Assembly: GCA_965112635.1 (NCBI GenBank)
Contig: OZ218778.1
Location: forward strand, 2,560,001-2,624,000
Source: an uncultured bacterium
GTDB taxonomy: Bacteria; Oederibacteriota; Oederibacteriia; Oederibacteriales; Oederibacteriaceae
Reading direction: 5' to 3'
DNA: 64,000 bases
The notes under the pieces are model-generated. The model did not search any database. It saw only the letters and a list, made by a program, of their open reading frames with translations, and was not told where the DNA came from. A program made the translations under genes and the position numbers. Numbering within the stretch: position 1 is the stretch's first letter; each line of letters begins with the position of its first letter. Of this stretch, positions 47,084-55,910 are shown piece by piece.

Positions 47084-50000
47084 TTACCCCCTAATCCGAT
47101 AAATGATCACTCCTGGATTTTGGTAAATGACGTCCATGAATTTCGCGAATTTATCCAACGCTGCTCGGGGATAATGCTCACGCTCTAAGTCTCCCACATA
47201 AACCAGCTGGATGCTGTAGTCTTTCATCAATTGCAGGGTCTGGGTAATGTCCAATGAGCTATAAATAAGGTCGGCGTCGCTCTCCCTCTTATTCAATATG
47301 TTCTGGTCTTGCCAGGAATATTCTGGCTTATACCAAGCCCTCATCTGCCTCTCCTGGCCTTTCCACCCTAAAAATGAGGGAAGGCCGGTGAAAGAAGCAA
47401 CGCGAGTATTCCAACGGCCGTAGGTCTCCCCATCAATACCAACTCTCTCCAAAATAATCTCATTTCTATCCTGTTTGGCATTAAGCCAAGCCAAGGCCTG
47501 GTATTCATTGGGTTTGCGCTGCTCAATATAAGCTATCCCATCGAGAGTCAAGGGAGGCCTGCCATTTAAACTATAGCACAGGAAGAACTTGGTATAAGTG
47601 GCAATCACTGGATAGAGACAGCACGCCAACAAACAAAAACCACAAACACCTGCCCAAATAAAGGCTGTAATTTTATTGCGCTTTATCAATATAATTAAGG
47701 GAACTAATAGCACAAATACAATGAGAAGGAACCAACTGTAGTCCACGAAAAACCAGTAATAGGCGATGGTGCAAAGGAGAAAACCAACTATGCTCGCGGC
47801 TAGGACCAATTTATTTAATATTTTTTTCCAAACCACGAATAGCCAGGGCTTTAGAATAGCCACTAATCTCGCGAAGAAATAGGCTGAGGCAATTCCCCAC
47901 AATACCCATACTTGAATATAGAATTTAAACATTGTGTTCATACGATCATCCTGGCCCATAAAATCAACCACATGGATGATCTCACAGCCTGCCGTGATAC
48001 AAAGACCGACAAAGGTCAAAACCAACGCAAAACTATCCGCACTACTGACATTCTTCTTTAATAAAGTAATGAGCGCATAGATTGATAATAAGAACAAAAA
48101 ACCAAAAGTGCCCAGATTGAAAAACGTCAAAAGGCACAGACCTATTAAGAGCCAAAATATCAGCGGCGGCCTGGAAACGAAAGATGTCAGAAGGTTTGAT
48201 ATTCTTTTTATTAAGTTTTTTCCCCTCGCTTTCCGCAGCCACTTGTCCGCCATAGGTTTCCTGCTCAAGACTAGAAATGAAAGGATGATAAAAACTGGTG
48301 ATCCAAAAATCGTCAAAAAACTTTTTATTTCAGTAAAAGATTTTACCGGCCAGATATTTGAACTGGGCGGCTGGAAATAATAAAGGAATGGCCACATTGA
48401 TAAAAGGCTCAGGAAAACCAAAGAAACAGAGGTTATGATAAAAGGAACCAAGAAGTTTTGCCCTGGTTTTGGTCTAAAATAAAAGATCAAGCCTAAAGTC
48501 ATCAGGGAAACCATCAGGCACACCGGATAGTTCCAAGTATTGATCCCGACTAGAGCGCCTACTGTAATTGAAAGAAACAACAGACTGAACCACTTTGTCC
48601 ATCCTTTGCCTAAGATCTCCAGACCATTTTCGGAGCTCTTAAAGAAACTGAGGCATATCCCCAGGGGTAAAATGGAAAAAGGAATGGCGATATTGTGGGC
48701 GTGAAGATCGCCGTAAATAAAACTAAAATATGGGAACTCGCTGATGACATCCGGCGGGATCAATCGTGTCGAATCCCAGATATATTGGAATTGTCTGGCA
48801 CTATCGATAAACGTAGTAAAAACTTGGGACAAGGAAACAAACGGTATGGACCAGTCAAAATTGGACAAGGCCTTGATGAGTGGTTCCATAAAATAAAGAA
48901 AACCGTATAAATTCCCAAATAAAGCCACCATGCTTCCGGCTAATAAACCTGCCCAAATTTTGAAAGACATGTTATAGACAATACTGAAACATCCGATGTA
49001 GGTTAACGCGAAGATTAAAGCCAATGATAAATTGTAGGCAATGGATGGGGCCACCCCTAATATCTTGGCCAAGGTCGCCATGATCAACTGTCCCCAATAA
49101 TAATAGTTCAAATGACCTCCCCCCAACCAGGGATCAAAAGGAGGAAAGGTGGCGCATCTCATAATGCCGCTTAGGAAAGTGATGCCCATCGGCTCACCAC
49201 CCCCATTGTAACCTTGGCCATTGGGATCGTGGATGTTGGGGGTGAACATCTTAAAGATAGAGAAAAAAGCAAAAACAAGGAGAAATATTATTTCCTCAGA
49301 AATAAGAATCCGATACTTTTGTTTTCCAAAGGAGACTATCTCTTTTTGATTCTTCCAGAAAAGGAGCAAACTAATAGCCATAAGAATAATGAGTGAACCT
49401 AATACGCCAAATTGTGAAAAAGAAAAAATATTTAGGTTAACAAGAAGCCAATTAAGATAGGCAAGCAGGAAAATTCCGGCGATCTTGGATAAACCATATC
49501 CTGCGTCGGGCAAAAAACGGAAGGTCATAAAACAAATTGGGAAAGCGATCAAGGTACAAATTAAGACCAATAAATACCAAGCCACCGACGGAACACCGCC
49601 CAATATTGGCGTCGATGCGCGACGACTTGCCCCTATATTCCTATTTTGCGGGAGCTTTTCATTTGCAGCCAAGACCTGGGAAAGACCGCGGCCCTTAATT
49701 TGTCGTACAATTTCGTTATAATTACTATTCTTTTCACTCAGACTGGCCACGGTCTGCTCAATTTTTTGCTGTAAACGTTTTTGTAGTTCCTCTCTAGGCA
49801 GGTTCTCTGTTTTCTGGAAAAGATAAACATGGGGATGATCATAAAGCGTAAAACTTTCATCTGCGTAATCATCGTTAAAAACAAGACCGGCTATATGCGG
49901 ATAAGACGAAAAATCCTTAACCATCTTGTAACCTAACTGCTCCTCAAACATAAGTTTGTAATAGCAATAATTGACCGGATATCTCTCAGGTATCCGTTGG

Positions 50001-51592
50001 TATGTGCCATAAGCCCTTTTATCTGCCATGAAAATGTAATCACACTGTTGCAAATGATTGAGAATCATTTCAATTTTTTGGTTATTGTCATATTCAGGAA
50101 CCGCAAATTTTCTATTATCATATTCAGTGATACTTCTTCCTTCTGAAGGAACTGGCAAGTCATCTCCCCACTCTTCATTTAAAATGACTGTACGATGGGG
50201 TGTTTTTTGGCCTGGTTGCACTAACGAAGTTGGGATATTTTTATAAATCCAACGAGATGCCTCTATCCAAGGATGATCTTGCCTATAAATACTTGTAAAA
50301 GCCACTGCATAAAAGAAATTTAGGATGCCAATAATTACAAGTAAAGGTATTGGAATTTTCTGAAGAAAACCTTTAGGCAAAGCCTTTTTGATTTCAAAGA
50401 TAAAATAAACACCCATCAGACAGAACGCGGGAATCATAGGAAGGAGATATCTATTAAACTTGGCAAACGAAAAACCAACTATGCCAAAATAAAAAATAGT
50501 CCAGCTTGCCAATAAGACCAGAACTTTAGAGGATGAAAATTTAAATAGCGACTTATAAATAGAATATATCCATCCCGCCAGCAATAACAAGCCCAAAGGC
50601 CACCCAACTGCATAGCGGACCATGTTATTTATATAATAGAGAATAGGTGTTGTGTGGAAAAACTGCCTAGTATAGGGAACATCAGAAATACCTGAGACTA
50701 GAATGCGACCCTGTTCTTCATTATTACTTCTAAATTTGTCTATATCCAACAAAGAATAAGGCATTGCTATAAAAAATATAATTCCTGCAGTGATAATAAG
50801 AAGAAGCAATTTGCCCCATAATATATTCCTCGCCGTTTTACTTTTAACCTTCATGAAATGAATAAAGTGAGCTAAAAGTAGCACTAAAGCAAGTGGCAAG
50901 GCGCTTGTTTTGCAAGCCAAAGAAAGACCAAAAAATATTCCAGCAAAAATATACGAACTCGCATGTCCCCAAAGTAGAATTCCGGCAGCCGAAAATAAAC
51001 ATAAAACAACAAAAAATGTCAAAAATGTATCGACGGCAAAGAAATGGGAAAGCTGGATAGGTAAAACAGTGAAAGCATAAAGAAGGGTAGCGAATAACCC
51101 GATCTTTTTGTTAAATAATCTAGCTCCCAAAAAGAATAACATCACTATTGTTCCAAGATCAAAACACGCCGATAACAAACGGCCCATAATAATATTCACG
51201 CGCCCCATATCGATGTTGTGAAGAACTCCCGAGGCCTGCAACCAAATCAACCCCTCTCGGAGCGTACCTTGTATATAAAGGGGCAAAGAGCCGTACTGCA
51301 GCCCTTGTGGTTCTTGGGGATAACAAACAGAGGTTTGAGGATCTAAAAGATAACGTTCGTCGGGATGAAACTGATGATAATCGTCCCAGCTGAATCGGTA
51401 GAATCGAAAAGAACCTGCCAGGACAAGAATAATGACCAATGGGACAAAATAAGGATTAGTCGTCATTCGTCTGATGGTCTGGCCAAAGCCTGCAAAGCCA
51501 TTTAAAAATTTAAAATTAAGCAAATCAAAAGGATTTATATAATCCCAAGACGATTTGATAAAAGATTTGATATTTTTTGTTTTATTCGCCAC
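47084..51592 (-). CDS. Fusion of a PMT/ArnT-like GT-C domain and a DUF2298 (YYY) domain
   Basis: N-half: FHPDE, YGSLPLY, IQLSHFFAVD, PYTRQF, EEWGD, DESFTLYDHP. C-half: GEPM, PPFDPW, NYYYWG, SEFPYFSF.YGDLHAH, RMNTMFKFY. Confidence 0.82.
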   Translation of the reverse strand: MANKTKNIKSFIKSSWDYINPFDLLNFKFLNGFAGFGQTIRRMTTNPYFVPLVIILVLAGSFRFYRFSWDDYHQFHPDERYLLDPQTSVCYPQEPQGLQYGSLPLYIQGTLREGLIWLQASGVLHNIDMGRVNIIMGRLLSACFDLGTIVMLFFLGARLFNKKIGLFATLLYAFTVLPIQLSHFFAVDTFLTFFVVLCLFSAAGILLWGHASSYIFAGIFFGLSLACKTSALPLALVLLLAHFIHFMKVKSKTARNILWGKLLLLIITAGIIFFIAMPYSLLDIDKFRSNNEEQGRILVSGISDVPYTRQFFHTTPILYYINNMVRYAVGWPLGLLLLAGWIYSIYKSLFKFSSSKVLVLLASWTIFYFGIVGFSFAKFNRYLLPMIPAFCLMGVYFIFEIKKALPKGFLQKIPIPLLVIIGILNFFYAVAFTSIYRQDHPWIEASRWIYKNIPTSLVQPGQKTPHRTVILNEEWGDDLPVPSEGRSITEYDNRKFAVPEYDNNQKIEMILNHLQQCDYIFMADKRAYGTYQRIPERYPVNYCYYKLMFEEQLGYKMVKDFSSYPHIAGLVFNDDYADESFTLYDHPHVYLFQKTENLPREELQKRLQQKIEQTVASLSEKNSNYNEIVRQIKGRGLSQVLAANEKLPQNRNIGASRRASTPILGGVPSVAWYLLVLICTLIAFPICFMTFRFLPDAGYGLSKIAGIFLLAYLNWLLVNLNIFSFSQFGVLGSLIILMAISLLLFWKNQKEIVSFGKQKYRILISEEIIFLLVFAFFSIFKMFTPNIHDPNGQGYNGGGEPMGITFLSGIMRCATFPPFDPWLGGGHLNYYYWGQLIMATLAKILGVAPSIAYNLSLALIFALTYIGCFSIVYNMSFKIWAGLLAGSMVALFGNLYGFLYFMEPLIKALSNFDWSIPFVSLSQVFTTFIDSARQFQYIWDSTRLIPPDVISEFPYFSFIYGDLHAHNIAIPFSILPLGICLSFFKSSENGLEILGKGWTKWFSLLFLSITVGALVGINTWNYPVCLMVSLMTLGLIFYFRPKPGQNFLVPFIITSVSLVFLSLLSMWPFLYYFQPPSSNIWPVKSFTEIKSFLTIFGSPVFIILSFLVLSRKPMADKWLRKARGKNLIKRISNLLTSFVSRPPLIFWLLIGLCLLTFFNLGTFGFLFLLSIYALITLLKKNVSSADSFALVLTFVGLCITAGCEIIHVVDFMGQDDRMNTMFKFYIQVWVLWGIASAYFFARLVAILKPWLFVVWKKILNKLVLAASIVGFLLCTIAYYWFFVDYSWFLLIVFVLLVPLIILIKRNKITAFIWAGVCGFCLLACCLYPVIATYTKFFLCYSLNGRPPLTLDGIAYIEQRKPNEYQALAWLNAKQDRNEIILERVGIDGETYGRWNTRVASFTGLPSFLGWKGQERQMRAWYKPEYSWQDQNILNKRESDADLIYSSLDITQTLQLMKDYSIQLVYVGDLEREHYPRAALDKFAKFMDVIYQNPGVIIYRIRG

Positions 51593-51601
51593 GTCTGCGA
51601 C

Positions 51602-52474
51602 CTACCAGTTCCAGGATAATAAGAGGGCGGACAAAACGCCCCATAAAACTATATCGCTGGCCAACCAAACATCCGAGAGCAAAACCGCCTCTGGATTTCC
51701 GCCTAAATTCTTTTTATGCATAAGATAAAGGTATCTAAAAATACCGAACAGGACAAAAGGAATCGTCAACATCAACCCGTGCTTTTTTTCACTCGTAGGA
51801 GAAGTAAAAGTGTACAAAGAGTATGCAACCACCGTTGCGGAAGAGACCACCGATATCATTTGATCCAATAATCCTTCAGAATATTCATTTAGTATTTTGC
51901 GATGTTTTTGAGCATTCCCTTTCAATACCAAAAGTTCATGCCGTCTTTTTCCTAAACCAAGGAAAAGCGCAAGGAGAATCGTGCAGATAAGCAACCAAGG
52001 AGAAATGGTGAGATTAAGTACATAAGCACCAGCCGCAGCCCTGAGTACGAACCCAAAAGCGATAGTAAAAACGTCTATGATAACAACATGTTTCAATAAA
52101 AAACTATAAGCAATAAAAAGGAGCAAATAAACTAATAAGATGACGACGAAATCAATACTAAGCCATAAGGAACACAAGACTCCCAATAAAGCAAGGAACA
52201 ACGAAACGAAACCGGCCAGCCTTGGGGCTACTGAGCCCCTAGCCAAAGGCCTTTTTGATTTCATGGGATGGTGCTTGTCTTCTTCCAGATCGACAATATC
52301 ATTAAAAAGATAAATACCGCTGGTAACAAGACAAAAACAAATAAAAGCTACTATTGATTTTAAGGCCATCTGGACATTAAGGATGTTACCTGTAAAAATA
52401 AGCGCCGCAAATACCAATAGATTTTTAGTCCATTGTTTTGGTCTCATCATTTCCAAAATCGCCAGAGCTCCCAT
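51602..52474 (-). CDS. UbiA-family decaprenyl-phosphate phosphoribosyltransferase (DPPR synthase-like)
   Basis: RPKQWTKN, YLFNDIVD..D..HP.K..RPLA.G, YSFLLKH, GFVLRA.AG, KRRHEL, GIFRY. Confidence 0.87.
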   Translation of the reverse strand: MGALAILEMMRPKQWTKNLLVFAALIFTGNILNVQMALKSIVAFICFCLVTSGIYLFNDIVDLEEDKHHPMKSKRPLARGSVAPRLAGFVSLFLALLGVLCSLWLSIDFVVILLVYLLLFIAYSFLLKHVVIIDVFTIAFGFVLRAAAGAYVLNLTISPWLLICTILLALFLGLGKRRHELLVLKGNAQKHRKILNEYSEGLLDQMISVVSSATVVAYSLYTFTSPTSEKKHGLMLTIPFVLFGIFRYLYLMHKKNLGGNPEAVLLSDVWLASDIVLWGVLSALLLSWNW

Positions 52475-52495
52475 GTCTCACTCCTTTTTATTAGG

Positions 52496-52885
52496 TCAAC
52501 AAAAAAAACCCGCACTGATTGGAAATGCATTGATGTAATGAGACACTACCGCCCTGTCTCCTTTAACTTCCAACCCAATGACATCAAACCTACAAGGAAT
52601 ATTGCTTAAATTCTTTCCTTGCACATAAATCATTGCCGCTTTGCTCATTTGCTTCTGCTTAAAAGCCGTCACAGCTTCTGAAGGATCGCCGAACTTCTTG
52701 TTCCGTCTGGTTTTGACTTCAATAAAAACCAACACATCATGGTCCTTAGCAATAATATCAATTTCTCCGCCCCTAATCCGGTAATTTTTTTCTAATATTT
52801 TATAGCCTTTTTGGGCTAAAAATACTGACGCAACCGCCTCCCCTTTCTTGCCGGTTTCTTGAGTTAATGAGTTATAAATAGCCAT
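52496..52885 (-). CDS. yraN: YraN family endonuclease-like protein
   Basis: GKKGE, GEIDII, FIEVKTR, RFDV; start placed at ATG 52885. Confidence 0.88.
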   Translation of the reverse strand: MAIYNSLTQETGKKGEAVASVFLAQKGYKILEKNYRIRGGEIDIIAKDHDVLVFIEVKTRRNKKFGDPSEAVTAFKQKQMSKAAMIYVQGKNLSNIPCRFDVIGLEVKGDRAVVSHYINAFPISAGFFC

Positions 52886-52890
52886 GACGA

Positions 52891-53523
52891 TCAGACGATC
52901 TTCTTCAAAACACCAGAAAAAGTTTTCCGGTGGATCGGGCAAGGTCCGTAAGTCGCAATCGCCTTTAGATGACGGACAGTAGGATATCCTTTATGTTGGA
53001 TAAAACCATATTGAGGATACAACCGATCATAATCTTCCATTAAACGGTCCCTTCTTACCTTGGCAATGATAGACGCAGCTGCGATAGATTCGCTCAGTTG
53101 GTCGCCGCATACTATCGCTTGTTGGCGAAAGGGTAAGTTGGGAATGATAAACGGGCCGTCCACAAAGACGCAATCAGGCGGCGTTTTTAAATCATTCAAA
53201 GCCTTGCTCATTGCCCTAAAGGTCGCTTGCAAAATATTAAGCTCATCTATTTCTTTTTCATCGGCCATTCCCACACCTATGGCTATGGCAATTTTACTGA
53301 TTACTTGATAAAGGATCTCGCGGTTTTTGGGGGTTAGTTGCTTGGAATCATTAACACCTTCTATGGGATTTGAACGAGGGAGGATCACCGCAGCAGCTAC
53401 CACAGGACCAGCCAAGGGACCCCTTCCAGCTTCATCGATACCAGCCACCAATTTTGCTCCGGCTCGATAGGCATCCTTCTCATAACACAATAAATCAGGA
53501 TGCATTACCTTCCGAAAAGTCAT
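52891..53523 (-). CDS. rnhB: Ribonuclease HII
   Basis: GIDEAGRGPLAGPV, DSKQL, AASIIAKV.RD, HKGYPT. Confidence 0.95.
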   Translation of the reverse strand: MTFRKVMHPDLLCYEKDAYRAGAKLVAGIDEAGRGPLAGPVVAAAVILPRSNPIEGVNDSKQLTPKNREILYQVISKIAIAIGVGMADEKEIDELNILQATFRAMSKALNDLKTPPDCVFVDGPFIIPNLPFRQQAIVCGDQLSESIAAASIIAKVRRDRLMEDYDRLYPQYGFIQHKGYPTVRHLKAIATYGPCPIHRKTFSGVLKKIV

Positions 53524-53564
53524 CCCATTCCCCTAATGGACGAAGGATTCTGCCTCAGACCTAG

Positions 53565-53942
53565 TCAAGATTGGCTCTTTATTGCAATCTCTTCATTAGA
53601 AGCTGCTTGCTCTTTTATTCTGGAATCTTTACTGCTTTTGCTTTCCAAGTAATATAATTTGGCGCGGCGGACCTGTCCTCTTTTCACAACAACGATTTTG
53701 TTGATGAGCGGCGAATTTAAAGCAAAGGTACGCTCGACACCGACCCCATAAGAAATACGTCTAACCCTAAATATTTCCCTTAATCCTTCACCTTTCTTCC
53801 CAACTACTGTTCCTTCAAATATCTGCAACCGTTCCTTTTCGCCCTCTTTAACATTTAAATAAATCTTAACGATATCGCCGGGCTTAAAGTCAGTAGCGTT
53901 CTTCTTGATCTGCTCCTTTTCTAATAAACCAATATAGTCCAT
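53565..53942 (-). CDS. rplS: 50S ribosomal protein L19
   Basis: KERLQIFEG, GVGVER.F, RGQVRRAKLYY; ATG at 53942 after GGAGG. Confidence 0.96.
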   Translation of the reverse strand: MDYIGLLEKEQIKKNATDFKPGDIVKIYLNVKEGEKERLQIFEGTVVGKKGEGLREIFRVRRISYGVGVERTFALNSPLINKIVVVKRGQVRRAKLYYLESKSSKDSRIKEQAASNEEIAIKSQS

Positions 53943-53974
53943 AAAAAACCTCCCATTCAAGCTTAATATTTTAG

Positions 53975-54691
53975 TTAACTCTTCTTGGTTAAAAAATCAG
54001 GCCTTCGTAATTTTGTTCTTTTGATAGCTTGTTTCTTACGCCACACTTCAATATTTTGGTGATTACCTGTAAGCAACACTTTCGGAACCTGCCATCCTAA
54101 ATAATTAACTGGCCGAGTATAATGGGGAAAATCTAATAATCCACTATGGAACGAGTCGTTTGCCACACTTGACTTATTTCCAACAACGCCGGGTATCAAA
54201 CGTGTAATAGAATCAATCATAACTGCAGCTGCAAGTTCTCCGCCGGATAACACATAATCCCCAACAGATACTTCCTCATCAACAAAATGCGCAGCAATTC
54301 TTTCGTCGACCCCCTCATAACGTCCGCAAATAAAAACCAAGCACTTTTCAGAAGATAATTCTACTGCTTTACGCTGCGTAAAAAGTCGGCCTTGCGGCGT
54401 CAGCAAGATTACCTTTTTATTCCTTGCTTTAATTGACCCTAAAGCCTTGACAATCGGGTCGCATTTTAAAACCATGCCGCCACCGCCCCCATAAGGGACA
54501 TCATCTGTTGTGCGGTGTTTGTCTTTAGCAAAATCCCTTAACTGCAGAAGCTTAACTTCAACAATATTCTTATCTTGAGCTTTTTTAAAAAGACTGGAAT
54601 TAACAAAACCCTGCAAAATTTCTGGAAATAAGGAAATAACATAGAACTTCAAGATTGTCTTTTCCAAAACACACTCACTCCTGCAGGACAA
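53975..54691 (-). CDS. trmD: tRNA (guanine-N1)-methyltransferase (true start probably 20-40 nt downstream of the ORF-track start)
   Basis: DDVPYGGGGGM, CGRYEGVDER, SVGDYVLSGGE, PHYTRP. Confidence 0.95.
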   Translation of the reverse strand: MSCRSECVLEKTILKFYVISLFPEILQGFVNSSLFKKAQDKNIVEVKLLQLRDFAKDKHRTTDDVPYGGGGGMVLKCDPIVKALGSIKARNKKVILLTPQGRLFTQRKAVELSSEKCLVFICGRYEGVDERIAAHFVDEEVSVGDYVLSGGELAAAVMIDSITRLIPGVVGNKSSVANDSFHSGLLDFPHYTRPVNYLGWQVPKVLLTGNHQNIEVWRKKQAIKRTKLRRPDFLTKKS

Positions 54692-55166
54692 CTTCCATTC
54701 TACCCAATTTTAAATCAACCTTCTTAACAACAGCTTTTAGGGCAGGAATTAATATCTCTTCCAGGTCTTTTCTAACTACATAAATATCATTGCTTCCCGT
54801 GGGAATAATTTCTTTAATTTTTCCAAGATAAGAACCCCGCAAATCAAATACCTGCAAACCAATAATCTGATAATAATAATAACGGCCTTCCGGCAAATTC
54901 TTGAGAAATTTCTTATCAATTGCGATAAAGCTTCCCGCAAACTTTTGGGCATCTTCACGCGACTTCAAGCATTCTAATTTAATGATATCCTTTCGGACTG
55001 CCTCGACAACTGCAGGAATTTTTTGGCCTTTCGGAACCAATAAAAACACTTCCTTTAATTCTGTCAGACGGCCAACAAATTCACTGCAACTTACGATCCG
55101 CGCCTCACCATTAACCCCGAATGCTTTTACTATTTGCGCGACTAAAACCAGATTTGTATGGAACAA
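54675..55166 (-). CDS. rimM: 16S rRNA processing protein RimM
   Basis: AFGVNGE, YYYYQIIG, TGSNDIY, ILIP; canonical operon position. Confidence 0.9.
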   Translation of the reverse strand: MFHTNLVLVAQIVKAFGVNGEARIVSCSEFVGRLTELKEVFLLVPKGQKIPAVVEAVRKDIIKLECLKSREDAQKFAGSFIAIDKKFLKNLPEGRYYYYQIIGLQVFDLRGSYLGKIKEIIPTGSNDIYVVRKDLEEILIPALKAVVKKVDLKLGRMEVVLQE

Positions 55167-55168
55167 AT

Positions 55169-55399
55169 CTACTCCAAAACCTCTAGCATCACTCTCTTAT
55201 TACTGCGAGCTGCCGCACACGCCAGTATTGTCCTTAGGGCCTTGATCGTTCGTCCCTCTTTGCCGATAATCTTGCCAATGTCCGGCGTTGAAACCCTGAG
55301 CTCATAGATACTGACTTTATCCCCATCAACCTCTTTAACTGAAACTGCTTCCGGAGAATCGACTAATGACTTTGCTATATATTCAATTAACTCTTTCAT
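55169..55399 (-). CDS. khpA: KH-domain RNA-binding protein KhpA
   Basis: LVDSPE, DIGKIIGKEGRT; lies between rpsP and rimM. Confidence 0.92.
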   Translation of the reverse strand: MKELIEYIAKSLVDSPEAVSVKEVDGDKVSIYELRVSTPDIGKIIGKEGRTIKALRTILACAAARSNKRVMLEVLE

Positions 55400-55445
55400 C
55401 GTGCCAATACCTCCTTTGGTGCTGGCTTGGTTACAAAGTTGCGGC

Positions 55446-55715
55446 TTACGCCTTCTTACTTTCTAAAAATATCTTCCACAAACCGCTTTTTTTAAAAATA
55501 TTTTTGACAGTTTCAGAAGGAACAGCCCCTTTTTTTAACCACAAGATAGCCTTCTCGTCATTTATTTTTACAATTGGAGGGTTTTTTATCTGTTGGAAAT
55601 AACCGACCATTTCAATGATTCTCCCCTCTTTCTTTTTTCGTGAATCAGCCACAACAATTCGAAAGAACGGCTTTTTAATTGTTCCCATTCTGCTTAAACG
55701 CATTACTGTTGCCAT
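55446..55715 (-). CDS. rpsP: 30S ribosomal protein S16
   Basis: RLSRMG, FRIVVADSR, WLKKGAVPSETV. Confidence 0.95.
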   Translation of the reverse strand: MATVMRLSRMGTIKKPFFRIVVADSRKKKEGRIIEMVGYFQQIKNPPIVKINDEKAILWLKKGAVPSETVKNIFKKSGLWKIFLESKKA

Positions 55716-55758
55716 TGAAATGTCCCTTCCTTAAAGTTTTTAGTAAGTTTGGTAGAAA

Positions 55759-55787
55759 ATTATATAAATAACAGCATAAAAAATCAA
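55759..55787 (-). promoter_or_regulatory. Sigma70-type promoter for the rpsP operon
   Basis: TTGATT-N17-TATAAT on the minus strand, 43 bp upstream of the rpsP start. Confidence 0.7.
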
Positions 55788-55910
55788 TTCTAAATAATTA
55801 AATTACAAATAACTGTATGTCAGCCGCAGCTACAAAGAGATCCTACTAAGGAAGAGAATTCCGGTGATATGTGGGTTTTATTTGAACTAAAAACGACTGA
55901 ACCTATCCAA

